Shown here piece after piece: positions 1-9,888 of a DNA stretch of 64,000 bases. Position numbers and translations under genes: made by a program. Within the stretch, counting starts at the first letter, position 1; each line of letters opens with the position of its first letter. Source of the DNA: a virus. Its lineage: Duplodnaviria > Caudoviricetes. The notes under the pieces are model-generated. The model did not search any database. It had not been told where the DNA came from and saw only the letters and a list, made by a program, of their open reading frames with translations. Where the stretch lies: the IMG/VR virus record IMGVR_UViG_3300020465_001196; one strand, 5' to 3'.

Positions 1-118
1 CAATCTTATGTACTACTTCAAGTTCATCTTCTTTCATTGGAATCTCCAAAACTTTTCCTGTTTCTTTAAAAAGCACTGGCTGATTTAATGTTCTTAATGT
101 GTATGTTAGTTTAGGCAT
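1..118 (-). CDS. Hypothetical protein, partial (runs off window start)
   Basis: ATG at 118 overlaps the TAA of the upstream ORF (TAATG); open frame MPKLTYTLRTLNQPVLFKETGK... to position 1. Confidence 0.6.
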   Translation of the reverse strand, partial: MPKLTYTLRTLNQPVLFKETGKVLEIPMKEDELEVVHKI

Positions 119-1182
119 TACTTAATACCTATTAACATATACCTCGTGTATTTTCCTAAGACTAGTTCACCTGTATAAAGATAGTTAGACATTGGTGCTA
201 TTGATTTAAAATCATCTACATCTTTTACACAATTAATATGCTCTGGCAAATCAAAATAATCATTTGATTGTAGTATGCAAAGTTTTCCATTAGGAATTCC
301 ATCCCACCAATTATTCCAATTTTCTATATGTTCACAAGATGTATTAATAATAGTTTTTGGTGAATCAAATAATTCTCTTTCTGTACCGTTGGATCTTAAG
401 GTTGTATATGTATGTTCTTTAAAATTAATTTTATGTATATCTTCTGTTGTTGCTTTAAATTGCCACTCATTCATTACCCAAGGTTTATTAATTGATTCAG
501 CAATTTGCCAACAAGTAGAATCAATATCAAAACTTCTTATTTTATCTAAATGTATTTTTTTAGATTCAAACAACATAGTTGCTAGTGTGCCATACCAACC
601 TGCACATAAAAATACTGTACCTAAATGCATACCAATTTTTTCAACTTCTGACACTAACCATTTTTTACTATGTAATTGTCCTCTTGCATAAGCATCTTTT
701 ACATTAAGTCTTGGAAAACTTTTAATTGTTTTTGGTAATGTAATTAATACTTCACTATCAACAAATAATTTTAATACTTCAAAACTTTCACCTTTGTTAA
801 TAATTGCTTTTCTAAGCATTTCCATTTTTGGATTATTTTCAATGTATTCTAGTACTCTAAATATCGAGTGTATATTTTTTTCAAGTACTGCTTTTCTAAA
901 TTCATCATAATGTTCACTATCTAGATTATCAATAATTCTAAAAACTGAATATAAATTTGATTCTATAATGGCTTTTCTAAATTCTTCAAACTTCTCAGGA
1001 TCCGCAGATATAGATTGTGCTAGTCTAAATATAGATGATAAATCTTCATCAATAACTGCACGTCTAAGATCTTTTAGTTCTTCTATATTGTCATACAATA
1101 ATTCAAATCTATCCAATAACTCGTGCGTCTCTAGATGAGATTTGGATTTTGTTGAACTGTTGTTCAAGCCAGCCAAAGTCAT
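118..1182 (-). CDS. Putative class I SAM-dependent methyltransferase-like protein with N-terminal helical repeats
   Basis: FLCAGWYGTLA glycine loop, IRSFDID acidic strand, IINTSCEH and LQSN; three to four RKA(I/V)xExNxxS(I/V)FR repeats at the N-terminus; start uncertain (74-nt overlap with upstream ORF). Confidence 0.5.
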   Translation of the reverse strand: MTLAGLNNSSTKSKSHLETHELLDRFELLYDNIEELKDLRRAVIDEDLSSIFRLAQSISADPEKFEEFRKAIIESNLYSVFRIIDNLDSEHYDEFRKAVLEKNIHSIFRVLEYIENNPKMEMLRKAIINKGESFEVLKLFVDSEVLITLPKTIKSFPRLNVKDAYARGQLHSKKWLVSEVEKIGMHLGTVFLCAGWYGTLATMLFESKKIHLDKIRSFDIDSTCWQIAESINKPWVMNEWQFKATTEDIHKINFKEHTYTTLRSNGTERELFDSPKTIINTSCEHIENWNNWWDGIPNGKLCILQSNDYFDLPEHINCVKDVDDFKSIAPMSNYLYTGELVLGKYTRYMLIGIK

Positions 1183-1840
1183 TTATCTTACTCAATGCCT
1201 CCATATTGTTTTTATTTGTTTCGCCATATTCTCTACCAGCAATAGCACCAGCAATTGCATATTCACCAAAGCCTCTATCATTACCAACACTACACCATAT
1301 ATTTAAACGTTGTTCTGTTTCATGATCTTTTTGTTTGTCAATTACTTTTGCCGCTAACTTTGTACATTCTCTAAATGCTGATTTAAAAGTATTAAAAGGA
1401 TCTGTGTTAAATGCTGTAACATTACTAATCGTTGGCATTGCCTTAAATGCTCCTTTTTCTCCAGGCTTATTTGATACTGATGTTGTAAAATCAATTCTCC
1501 ATTCATTTGCAGATCTACAAGTTTCAGTTGGAAATAGTTTAACTCCACCATAACCATATACTAAATCATTTATTGGATTACGGCATCGCCAAACGTGAGT
1601 ACAATGCTCATCCCATTTACTTGGCTTAAAACTAAAATCAAAATCTGGTTCTAGTATTGCATCTGCATCAACTACATAAAAACTTTTTGTATAGGCCAAT
1701 TCTGCACAACGTTTGTGTGCATTAAAAATTCCTTTTACACCTTTTACACGTCTAGCATAAGGAAACTTTTTTACAAGTGATTTCCAAGTTTTATCTGCAT
1801 AAGGCTCTTGGTAACTTAAATGAAATATATCTAGTGCCAT
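1109..1840 (-). CDS. Glycosyltransferase-like (GT-A fold) protein
   Basis: DIFHLSYQEP, GIFNAHKRCA, FYVVDADA (DxD) and YGYGGVKLF motifs typical of marine phage GT-like proteins. Confidence 0.6.
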   Translation of the reverse strand: MALDIFHLSYQEPYADKTWKSLVKKFPYARRVKGVKGIFNAHKRCAELAYTKSFYVVDADAILEPDFDFSFKPSKWDEHCTHVWRCRNPINDLVYGYGGVKLFPTETCRSANEWRIDFTTSVSNKPGEKGAFKAMPTISNVTAFNTDPFNTFKSAFRECTKLAAKVIDKQKDHETEQRLNIWCSVGNDRGFGEYAIAGAIAGREYGETNKNNMEALSKINDFGWLEQQFNKIQISSRDARVIG

Positions 1841-1846
1841 AATACT

Positions 1847-1875
1847 ATTATACTTGTTTTAATCAAAATAATCAA
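1847..1875 (-). promoter_or_regulatory. sigma70-type promoter TTGATT-17-TATAAT, leaderless geometry
   Basis: -35 at 1870-1875, -10 at 1847-1852, 6 nt before ATG at 1840. Confidence 0.7.
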
Positions 1876-2059
1876 GTGGAAATGAATAAAAACCTAATGT
1901 TTCTATGTCAGGATATCTTAATTTTATTAAAACATATTGCTTGTCAGTTACAGCAATAATATCATCTGCATGATTAGGTATGTATGTTCTTGGCAAATTT
2001 TTTTGGTTTGCTAATTCCGAATGCTTTTCGTGATCAAAATATCCAACTAATCTGTACAC
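1859..2059 (-). CDS. Hypothetical protein
   Basis: 66-aa ORF; GTG start overlaps the clpP TAG stop (TAGTG). Confidence 0.55.
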   Translation of the reverse strand: MYRLVGYFDHEKHSELANQKNLPRTYIPNHADDIIAVTDKQYVLIKLRYPDIETLGFYSFPLDYFD

Positions 2060-2640
2060 TATCGTTTTTCAACAATTTTGTCAATTAGGCCAAATTCTAA
2101 TGCTTGATCTGGATTCATATAATTATCACGTTCCATAGCATCTTCAATTGTTTTTAAATCTTTTCCACAATGTTTTACATACAATTCATTTAATCTTTTC
2201 TTTGTATCTAAAATATCTTTTGCATGAATTTCAATATCAGTTGCTTGTCCTTGGAAACCTGCTGATGGTTGGTGTATCATTATTTTTGAATTAGGTAATG
2301 ATATTCTTTTACCGGCTGTACCTGCCATTAATAATAACGATCCTGCACTTGCTGATAATCCAATACTTACTGTTGAAATATCTGGCTTAACATATTGCAT
2401 AGTATCATACATTGCCAACCCTGCTGTAACACTACCTCCTGGCGAGTTAATATACATATAGATATCCTTGTCTTTAGATTCTGATTCTAAAAACAATAAT
2501 TGGGCACATACTAAACTTGCTACTGTATCAGTAATTGGACCAGTTATAAAAATAATTCTTTCTTTTAATAAACGTGAAAAAATATCATAACTTCTTTCAC
2601 CTCTTGACGATTGTTCAACAACCATTGGTACTAGATTCAT
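2059..2640 (-). CDS. clpP: ATP-dependent Clp protease proteolytic subunit
   Basis: [40 protein letters not shown] (Ser), MIHQP (His), ERD (Asp); AAGGAG SD favours start at 2640 (or 2646) rather than 2667. Confidence 0.97.
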   Translation of the reverse strand: MNLVPMVVEQSSRGERSYDIFSRLLKERIIFITGPITDTVASLVCAQLLFLESESKDKDIYMYINSPGGSVTAGLAMYDTMQYVKPDISTVSIGLSASAGSLLLMAGTAGKRISLPNSKIMIHQPSAGFQGQATDIEIHAKDILDTKKRLNELYVKHCGKDLKTIEDAMERDNYMNPDQALEFGLIDKIVEKR

Positions 2641-2650
2641 ATTCATCTCC

Positions 2651-4141
2651 TTAGACATTAAATTCAACTCCTTGTGCCAACGGCAAGTCTGTTGAGTAAT
2701 TTACAGTTACCGTGCTTCTACGCATATATTGTTTCCATGCGTCTGAACCACTTTCTCTTCCACCGCCTGTGTGTTTTTCTCCACCAAAGGCTCCGCCAAT
2801 TTCAGCCCCACTAGGACCAATATTAACATTTACAATACCACAGTCAGATCCATTTGCTCCAATAAACAATTCAGCTTCTTGTAAATCTTTTGTAAAGATA
2901 CAACTGCTTAAACCTTGTGGTACATTATTATTAATTGCTATTGCTTCTGCTAATTCATCATATGGTATAATGTAAAGCAAAGGTGCAAATGTTTCTGTTT
3001 TTGTAATTTCTTCTGCTTTAGATAATTCTACTATTGCAGGTTTAACATATACTCCTGGCATATCTAATCTTGATCCACCAGTTACTTCCCCTAGTTCTTC
3101 ACACTTATCTAATGTTGATTTCATACTTTCATATGATTGTTCACTAACTAAAGGACCTACAAGTACTCCTTCATCTAAAGGATTACCAACTGTAATTTTT
3201 GCATAATATTTTTTTAAATATTTTGCTAATTGTTCATATATTGATCTATGTACAATTACTCTACGTAAAGTAGTACATCTTTGTCCTGCTGTACCTACAG
3301 CACTAAACAATATGGCTCTTATCGCTAATTTCATATCTGCATTTGGTGTAACTATCATTGCATTGTTACCACCAAGTTCCATTAGCACTCTACCAAATCG
3401 TTCTGTAACATTTTTACCTAATGCTTGACCCATTGCTGTTGATCCTGTTAATGAAACTAAATTAATATGTTTGTCATTTGCAATCCATTCTGCAGGTTCA
3501 TTAGCACCAATAACTAATTCTAAAATATGTTCTGCTTGAGATATACCTGAACGTTCAACTGCTTTTTTAAATATTGTTTGACAAGCAAGTGATACAAGTG
3601 GTGTTTTAGGTGATGGTTTCCAAAGTGTTGCATTACCACATACTGTTGCAATAGCAAAGTTCCAACTCCATACTGCTACAGGAAAGTTAAATGCTGAAAC
3701 AACTCCTACCACCCCTAAAGGATTCCACATTTCTTGCATACGGTGACCAGGTCTTTCACTTGGCATTGTTAATCCGTATAACTGTCTTGATAATCCAACT
3801 GCAAAATCGCAAATGTCTATCATTTCTTGAACTTCACCTAAACCTTCTTGAAATATTTTACCATTTTCAATAGTAACTAATCTTCCAAGTTCGTTTTTGT
3901 ATTTACGAAGTTCTTCACCAAACAATCTAATAACTTCACCACGTTGTGGTGCAGGTATTGTTCTCCAGTCAATTTGTGCTTGTTTTAAATTAAGCACTTT
4001 TGCTTCATATTCTTGTCTAGTAGTATTTTTAACTTTGGCAATTTCATTAGCATCAATTGGAGATACTACTGATTCACCATTTAGTACATTGTATAGATTT
4101 TCATCTACACCAATTTCTTGTAATAGTTCTTTAATTGTCAT
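2651..4141 (-). CDS. Aldehyde dehydrogenase family 7 (aminoadipate-semialdehyde / piperideine-6-carboxylate dehydrogenase-like)
   Basis: [39 protein letters not shown] (Glu), GQRCTT (Cys), [16 protein letters not shown]. Confidence 0.92.
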   Translation of the reverse strand: MTIKELLQEIGVDENLYNVLNGESVVSPIDANEIAKVKNTTRQEYEAKVLNLKQAQIDWRTIPAPQRGEVIRLFGEELRKYKNELGRLVTIENGKIFQEGLGEVQEMIDICDFAVGLSRQLYGLTMPSERPGHRMQEMWNPLGVVGVVSAFNFPVAVWSWNFAIATVCGNATLWKPSPKTPLVSLACQTIFKKAVERSGISQAEHILELVIGANEPAEWIANDKHINLVSLTGSTAMGQALGKNVTERFGRVLMELGGNNAMIVTPNADMKLAIRAILFSAVGTAGQRCTTLRRVIVHRSIYEQLAKYLKKYYAKITVGNPLDEGVLVGPLVSEQSYESMKSTLDKCEELGEVTGGSRLDMPGVYVKPAIVELSKAEEITKTETFAPLLYIIPYDELAEAIAINNNVPQGLSSCIFTKDLQEAELFIGANGSDCGIVNVNIGPSGAEIGGAFGGEKHTGGGRESGSDAWKQYMRRSTVTVNYSTDLPLAQGVEFNV

Positions 4142-4349
4142 ATTCGTTAAAATATTTTTTTAAAGCATTTAGATTATCTTCAGCATGGGCTATTTGTCCT
4201 AACAACTTATCCATTTCTTCTGTGTGTTGAGGATGTTCACCAATTGCAACTGATTTTTCAAAATAAATTGCTACTCTAACTCTTGCATCTTCAATGTCAG
4301 CAAGGTATTTTGATTCTAATGCTTTGTATAAACCTTTTGTAATATTCAT
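4131..4349 (-). CDS. Hypothetical protein
   Basis: 72-aa ORF with AAGGA SD; upstream TTGGCA-17-TATAAT (4393-4398 / 4370-4375). Confidence 0.65.
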   Translation of the reverse strand: MNITKGLYKALESKYLADIEDARVRVAIYFEKSVAIGEHPQHTEEMDKLLGQIAHAEDNLNALKKYFNEYDN

Positions 4350-4381
4350 TTTTTTAATCCTTATGTTTTATTATACTACAA

Positions 4382-4714
4382 TTATTCAAAAATGCCAAGC
4401 ACTAATTTGGCATCTTCACTCATCATTTCTGGACCAAAAGGTGGATCAAAAGTAGTTGTAATTTCACAACTTTCTACACCTTCTACTGATTCAGTCGCTG
4501 AACGTATGTCGGCCACAATTTGATCTGCGGCTGGACAAAATGCTGAAGTTAACGTATGTGTAACGTGAGCTTTAGGAAGCTCTTCTAAATCTATTCTATA
4601 TATTAATCCTAAATCATAAATGTTAACCGATATTTCTGGATCGTAAACTTCTTTTAAGTTTTTAACTATTTGATCAAATACTGCTAGTTTTGTTTTATCT
4701 AATTCTTCGCTCAT
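4382..4714 (-). CDS. DUF59 / SufT-like Fe-S cluster assembly protein
   Basis: LKEVYDPEISVNIYDLGLIY, TLTSAFCPAA, FDPPF; likely start MSEELD at 4714 after AAGGA. Confidence 0.88.
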   Translation of the reverse strand: MSEELDKTKLAVFDQIVKNLKEVYDPEISVNIYDLGLIYRIDLEELPKAHVTHTLTSAFCPAADQIVADIRSATESVEGVESCEITTTFDPPFGPEMMSEDAKLVLGIFE

Positions 4715-4715
4715 T

Positions 4716-5687
4716 TTATTCCTTAGGTAATTTAGCTTCAAATTCTCTTAAACGTTTGTAAACACTTGCCAGTTCTATGATAGTAGGCCATGCTTTTAAT
4801 AGATATTGCATTGAGCCTTCAACTCTTCCAAATGCTCTAATAATTTGTTGCATAACCCCAAGTGTTACTACACCTGCTACAATGGCTGGTGCTAAAAATA
4901 CATAAGCACTTAATACGTTTGCTTGTAAGTATGCCATACGTCCTACATTAAAATACAAATAACGCACATAACTTAAAAAGTGAATACTACGAACATCATC
5001 AAATAATTCATCAATTCTTTTTGGTCTTACATTACCATCATCTTCTGCAATAACTAATATTTTTCTATAGGCCGCTTCTTTCTTTTGTAAGTCATATTCT
5101 ACACCTACTAGTCTAAGTATCCATCCTAATCCTATTAAGAATGCAGTACCACCAAGTGTCCAAAGTAAAGCACCAGTAATTAAACCATATTGCCAATCTC
5201 CAAAAAAGAATATTGGTATACCAATTGATAATCCAAGTAGTATAGGAACAAATTGTACTAGTACCATTATTGACTCGATAAAACTTGTACCTAAGCCTTC
5301 CATAATTCTTGTAAACTTAATTGTGTCTTCTTGTACCCTTTGTGATGCACCTTCTATATTTCTTGCTTTATCATAAACTGAATGATACCATTCAACCATT
5401 GCTGTACGCCATCTAAATAAAAAGTGTGCTGTAAAAAAACTAATTGCAACATATAACGCAATATAAATTCCTGCTAGTGTTATAAACGAAAGCAAACTTG
5501 CAAAGTATTCTTGTAGTGTAATTGCATTTGGTGTAGCAAGTGCTTTTTGAATCATATCATAAAATACACCAAACCATTCATTTATTTTAACATCAATTTT
5601 TACTTGTACCCAAAGTGATCCTAAAATAATTGCTGAACCTAGCCAGGCCCATAGTAACCATTTTCTAGTGGTAAAAAATCTAAACAT
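4716..5687 (-). CDS. sbmA: SbmA/BacA-family peptide transporter
   Basis: INEWFGVFYDMIQKAL, FLFRWRTAM, IEGASQRVQEDT, YQKKEAAYRKILV-like segment, multiple TM helices. Confidence 0.85.
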   Translation of the reverse strand: MFRFFTTRKWLLWAWLGSAIILGSLWVQVKIDVKINEWFGVFYDMIQKALATPNAITLQEYFASLLSFITLAGIYIALYVAISFFTAHFLFRWRTAMVEWYHSVYDKARNIEGASQRVQEDTIKFTRIMEGLGTSFIESIMVLVQFVPILLGLSIGIPIFFFGDWQYGLITGALLWTLGGTAFLIGLGWILRLVGVEYDLQKKEAAYRKILVIAEDDGNVRPKRIDELFDDVRSIHFLSYVRYLYFNVGRMAYLQANVLSAYVFLAPAIVAGVVTLGVMQQIIRAFGRVEGSMQYLLKAWPTIIELASVYKRLREFEAKLPKE

Positions 5688-5702
5688 TTTTATTCCTTAT
5701 TA

Positions 5703-6020
5703 TTATTCTTTTTCAACTGTACAATTAAGCGGATGTCCTTGCGACCTTGCTTTTGCTGTAGTTTCAATTGCTTTTTGTTCTGCTATTTCAAATACATAAG
5801 TTCCGGCAACACCTTTGCCTTCTTCGTGAATTTTTAACATGACAGCTTCAGCTTGTTCTTTTGTTTTTCTAAAAATATCCATCAATACTTCTGTTACAAA
5901 GTCCATAGGTGTATAATCATCATTTAACAAAATAACATTATACTTACTAGGCTCATCTAATTCTGTACTAGTTGTTGTTTGTATATTTGCTGTTGCGTTT
6001 GCATTACCTTGTTCTGTCAT
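5703..6020 (-). CDS. clpS: ATP-dependent Clp protease adaptor (N-degron recognin)
   Basis: YNVILLNDDYTPMDFVTEVL, MLKIHEEGKGVAGTYVFEIAEQK, HPLNCTVE. Confidence 0.95.
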   Translation of the reverse strand: MTEQGNANATANIQTTTSTELDEPSKYNVILLNDDYTPMDFVTEVLMDIFRKTKEQAEAVMLKIHEEGKGVAGTYVFEIAEQKAIETTAKARSQGHPLNCTVEKE

Positions 6021-6029
6021 TTTAATCCT

Positions 6030-6596
6030 TTAATTTACATTTTTTTCAATTAGTACTGTATCTGGTAAAATGTACGGTACAAATTCTTGTCTATCTTCAC
6101 GATCATTACCTTGATGTGCTTGACCTCTTTCACCTTCATCTTTTGGTGCAAGAGTTATTGGAAAAGGTTGTCCTTTTCTTTGCTCATCTATTCTTTGTAA
6201 TTCTTCATGCATTTGTCTATTGTATTGTATAGTATAAACACGCGGTTGTCTACCATTAAATAGATCACTTAACTTATCTACCCAAGTTAAATTCTCTACA
6301 TTGGCCTCTCTAATAATTAACCATAGATAAATTGCTCCTGGATCACCACTTTTAATATTTGGTTCTTTAACGTGTTGGCCTATTAAAAAATATTTTTCAT
6401 GATTTGGATATGAATCATATGGATACCCATACATTGTTTTTAATCCAATCCAAGAACTTAAGATTGCTAATACAACTAATAAAGTCATTATTGCTTTCAT
6501 TCCCCATCTACTTCCAGATGAAGATATAAACGTCCATAGTACTGTTGCTCCTATAATCATTAAAAGTAGTACTAAAAATATATGTCCTTGTATCAT
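6030..6596 (-). CDS. Two-TM membrane protein, third gene of MotA/MotB-like module
   Basis: Two N-terminal hydrophobic helices then a soluble domain; 3-nt gap to upstream gene. Confidence 0.6.
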   Translation of the reverse strand: MIQGHIFLVLLLMIIGATVLWTFISSSGSRWGMKAIMTLLVVLAILSSWIGLKTMYGYPYDSYPNHEKYFLIGQHVKEPNIKSGDPGAIYLWLIIREANVENLTWVDKLSDLFNGRQPRVYTIQYNRQMHEELQRIDEQRKGQPFPITLAPKDEGERGQAHQGNDREDRQEFVPYILPDTVLIEKNVN

Positions 6597-6599
6597 AAA

Positions 6600-7310
6600 C
6601 TATGGTGCTCCAAAATATTGATTTTGCCCAGCCCCCAGGTTAGATGTTGGATTAATTCCATCATCTGTACCAGTATATGGATTACCTATCATTTGATATG
6701 GTAACTGATTTACATTTGAAACGTTTCCTTCTTCATCTACTGTAAATCTAACTGCTGTAATTTCTTGTCCTTTTTCTGTTAATGTAATTTCTCTAACTGT
6801 TACGATTCCATATGGATTTAATTTTTCTACTGTAATCGTTACAGGTATGTTAGGATAGTATTTACTCTTTCTTTTAACTTGTTTTTCTAATTTTTTATTA
6901 TATAAGTGAATATTAACAATATACTCTCCTGGTATAATTCCTCTAATTGTCATATGTTCTTCATTGTTATATACTTTAATTGGTTTACCATCTGCACCAA
7001 TAACTGTATCGTTTGAACCTCCAAGATCATCTCTATCTAAACTCATAAGCCCAACGTCTTTAGATTTAAATCCAGCAATATTTCCTAATGGATCTCTTAC
7101 CCAAAGATCTACATCATCTTCTGATTTTTTTGGCCATTTTAATGTAATAATAAATTCTGCGTTTAGCTCAACATTAGATTTTTTAGCAATTGGATTTATT
7201 AAAACAAATGCCATAACGAATAAAAATACAAAACCAACTAGTGTATTGAATAATAAATCTATGAAAGCAACTTGTGACCCGTAACTGCGATGGCGTCGTG
7301 ATGTAGACAT
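6600..7310 (-). CDS. MotB/ExbD-like single-TM protein with YfaP/DUF2135-like soluble domain
   Basis: AFIDLLFNTLVGFVFLF TM with Asp at the stator-conserved position; WP..DDVDLWVRDP, LDRDD, PGEYIVNIHLY. Confidence 0.65.
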   Translation of the reverse strand: MSTSRRHRSYGSQVAFIDLLFNTLVGFVFLFVMAFVLINPIAKKSNVELNAEFIITLKWPKKSEDDVDLWVRDPLGNIAGFKSKDVGLMSLDRDDLGGSNDTVIGADGKPIKVYNNEEHMTIRGIIPGEYIVNIHLYNKKLEKQVKRKSKYYPNIPVTITVEKLNPYGIVTVREITLTEKGQEITAVRFTVDEEGNVSNVNQLPYQMIGNPYTGTDDGINPTSNLGAGQNQYFGAP

Positions 7311-7313
7311 TGT

Positions 7314-7886
7314 TTAATCCTTTTGTTTTTCAACAACCTGTTCTATTAGGTTGGATGCTTGTCTTTGTCTATACCTCTCTAAGTCTTGATCTAATCTAAA
7401 ATACTGAAATTTTAATATTGTACTTGTAATTAATCCTGTCAACGTTGTATATAGTGCTGTCGACATACCAACTGCCATTCTTGCTAATGCGGCCTGAACT
7501 GAAGATACGTCAGCAATATTAATTCCGCTGAATGCTCCAGCTAACATTAATATAAATCCAGATACAGTTCCAATTAGACCTAATGTTAATAAAATATCTG
7601 ATGCAAACCAACCTGGTTCATGTCTTGTATCTAAATTATCTAATTTTTTTATATCACCATTTGCAAGTTGACTTAATTTCCAACTTTCATAACCACAATG
7701 AAACGTCATTGCATAAAAAATAGATAGTATAAAAAAAGATAATTTTGTTTTATCGTTTTGCCATAGTAACTCATGTACTTGAAAATTTATTAATAATGCT
7801 GTTGCGGCAAATAATAAACAAAAAAACCACCACCATTTTAAAAAAATTCCGTGTTTTTTTATTTTAGTTACGTTCATTGTTAACAA
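7314..7886 (-). CDS. MotA/TolQ/ExbB proton-channel family protein
   Basis: LTLGLIGTVSGF...GMSTALYTTLTGL signature, four TM helices. Confidence 0.85.
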   Translation of the reverse strand: MLTMNVTKIKKHGIFLKWWWFFCLLFAATALLINFQVHELLWQNDKTKLSFFILSIFYAMTFHCGYESWKLSQLANGDIKKLDNLDTRHEPGWFASDILLTLGLIGTVSGFILMLAGAFSGINIADVSSVQAALARMAVGMSTALYTTLTGLITSTILKFQYFRLDQDLERYRQRQASNLIEQVVEKQKD

Positions 7887-7933
7887 GCCCTTCTTGAAAG
7901 TGTTTTATAAAAGTATTTATCGTTATTCAAGAG

Positions 7934-7963
7934 AAACCCCGGAAAAGATAGTCCCGGGGTTTA
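7934..7963 (-). terminator. Hairpin terminator after dnaK
   Basis: AAACCCCGG (7934-7942) / CCGGGGTTT (7955-7963) 9-bp stem just downstream of the dnaK stop. Confidence 0.7.
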
Positions 7964-7976
7964 ACAGTACAGTTAA

Positions 7977-9860
7977 TTATTTTTTAACTTCTTCAAAGTC
8001 TGCATCAACAACATTATCGTTGTTTTTAGTATCATTAGAAGTATTTTCTGATGTTTGCTGTTGTTGGTCTTTATACACAGCCTCTCCTAATTTCATTGCA
8101 GATTCAGTTAAAGATTTTACTTTATCATTAATATCTTGATTATTTTCAGATTTTAATGCTTCTTTTAATGCAGTAAGATCATCTTCAACTTTCTTTTTAT
8201 CTTCAACAGATAGTTTGTCGCCGTGTTCTTTAAGAGTTTTTTCAGTAGAATGTACTAATGTATCTGCTTGATTTCTAGTTTCTACTGTTTCTCTTTTTTG
8301 TTTGTCAGCTTCTTTGTTGGCTTCAGCGTCTTTAACCATTTGTTCAATGTCAGCATCACTTAATCCACCTGATGCTTGTATTTGTATCTTCTGTTCTTTG
8401 CCAGTGCCTTTATCTTTTGCACTAACATTTACGATACCATTAGCATCAATATCAAATGTTACTTCAATTTGAGGTACACCTCTTGGTGCAGATGCAATAC
8501 CTACCAAGTCAAAGTTACCTAGTAACTTATTATCAGCGGCCATTTCACGTTCACCTTGCATTACTCTAATAGTAACTGCCGTTTGACCATCATCAGCAGT
8601 TGAGAATACTTGACTTTTCTTTGTTGGAATAGTTGTATTCTTCTCAATTAGCTTCGTGCATACACCTCCAAGTGTTTCAATACCAAGTGATAACGGTGTT
8701 ACATCTAAAAGTAACACATCTTTAACATCACCTTGTAATACACCACCTTGAATTGCGGCTCCAATTGCTACTACTTCATCTGGATTTACACTTTTATTTG
8801 GTTCTTTACCAAAAAAGTCTTGAACTGCTTTTTGAACCTTAGGCATTCTTGTCATACCACCTACAAGAATAACTTCACTAATGTCTCCAGCACTAAATCC
8901 TGAATCTTTTAGAGCTTGTTTACATGGTTGTAAACTTTTATCAACTAAATGATCAACCAATGCTTCAAATTTAGCTCTTGTTAATTTAAGATTTAAATGT
9001 TTTGGTCCAGATTTGTCAGCAGTAATAAATGGTAAACTAATATCTGTTTGTGTTGCAGATGATAATTCACATTTTGCCTTTTCTGCCGCCTCTCTTACAC
9101 GTTGAAGTGCAAGATTATCATTTTTTAGATCTACACCTGAGTCTTTTTTGAACTCTGCTAGTATATAATCTACTAATGCATTGTCAAAATCTTCACCACC
9201 CAATGATGTATCACCATTTGTTGACTTAACTTCAAATACTCCGTCACCTATTTCTAAAATAGAAATATCAAAAGTACCCCCACCTAAGTCATATACAGCA
9301 ACCGTACCAGTTTTTTTCTTATCTAACCCGTAAGCAAGTGCCGCCGCAGTTGGTTCATTCACAATTCTTTCAACTTCAAGTCCTGCAATTTTACCTGCAT
9401 CTTTAGTTGCTTGTCTTTGTGAATCGTTAAAGTACGCAGGAACAGTAATAACCGCTTTAGTTACTTCTTGTCCTAAATACTTTTCTGCTGTTTCTTTCAT
9501 TTTTTGAAGAACGAAAGCCGAAATTTGTGATGGTGAGTATTTTTCGTTGTTAGCTTCTACCCAAGCATCTCCATTTTCCGCCTTTACAATTTTAAATGGT
9601 GATGTCTGTATGTCTTTTTGTACAGAATCTCCATCAAATTTTCTTCCTATTAAACGTTTAGAAGCAAAAACCGTATTAGTAGGATTTGTAACAGCCTGTC
9701 TTTTTGCTGGTGTACCTACTAATTGTTCATCTCCAAACGATACTACAGATGGTGTTGTTCTAGTACCTTCTGCATTTTCTATAACTTTGGCTCCCTTACC
9801 TTCCATAATGGATACGCAAGAGTTTGTTGTACCTAAGTCAATACCAATTATTTTACTCAT
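7977..9860 (-). CDS. dnaK: Hsp70 chaperone DnaK
   Basis: [54 protein letters not shown]-terminal DADFEEV. Confidence 0.99.
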   Translation of the reverse strand: MSKIIGIDLGTTNSCVSIMEGKGAKVIENAEGTRTTPSVVSFGDEQLVGTPAKRQAVTNPTNTVFASKRLIGRKFDGDSVQKDIQTSPFKIVKAENGDAWVEANNEKYSPSQISAFVLQKMKETAEKYLGQEVTKAVITVPAYFNDSQRQATKDAGKIAGLEVERIVNEPTAAALAYGLDKKKTGTVAVYDLGGGTFDISILEIGDGVFEVKSTNGDTSLGGEDFDNALVDYILAEFKKDSGVDLKNDNLALQRVREAAEKAKCELSSATQTDISLPFITADKSGPKHLNLKLTRAKFEALVDHLVDKSLQPCKQALKDSGFSAGDISEVILVGGMTRMPKVQKAVQDFFGKEPNKSVNPDEVVAIGAAIQGGVLQGDVKDVLLLDVTPLSLGIETLGGVCTKLIEKNTTIPTKKSQVFSTADDGQTAVTIRVMQGEREMAADNKLLGNFDLVGIASAPRGVPQIEVTFDIDANGIVNVSAKDKGTGKEQKIQIQASGGLSDADIEQMVKDAEANKEADKQKRETVETRNQADTLVHSTEKTLKEHGDKLSVEDKKKVEDDLTALKEALKSENNQDINDKVKSLTESAMKLGEAVYKDQQQQTSENTSNDTKNNDNVVDADFEEVKK

Positions 9861-9888
9861 GGTTCTAATATATCTCCTTTCCTGTTAA

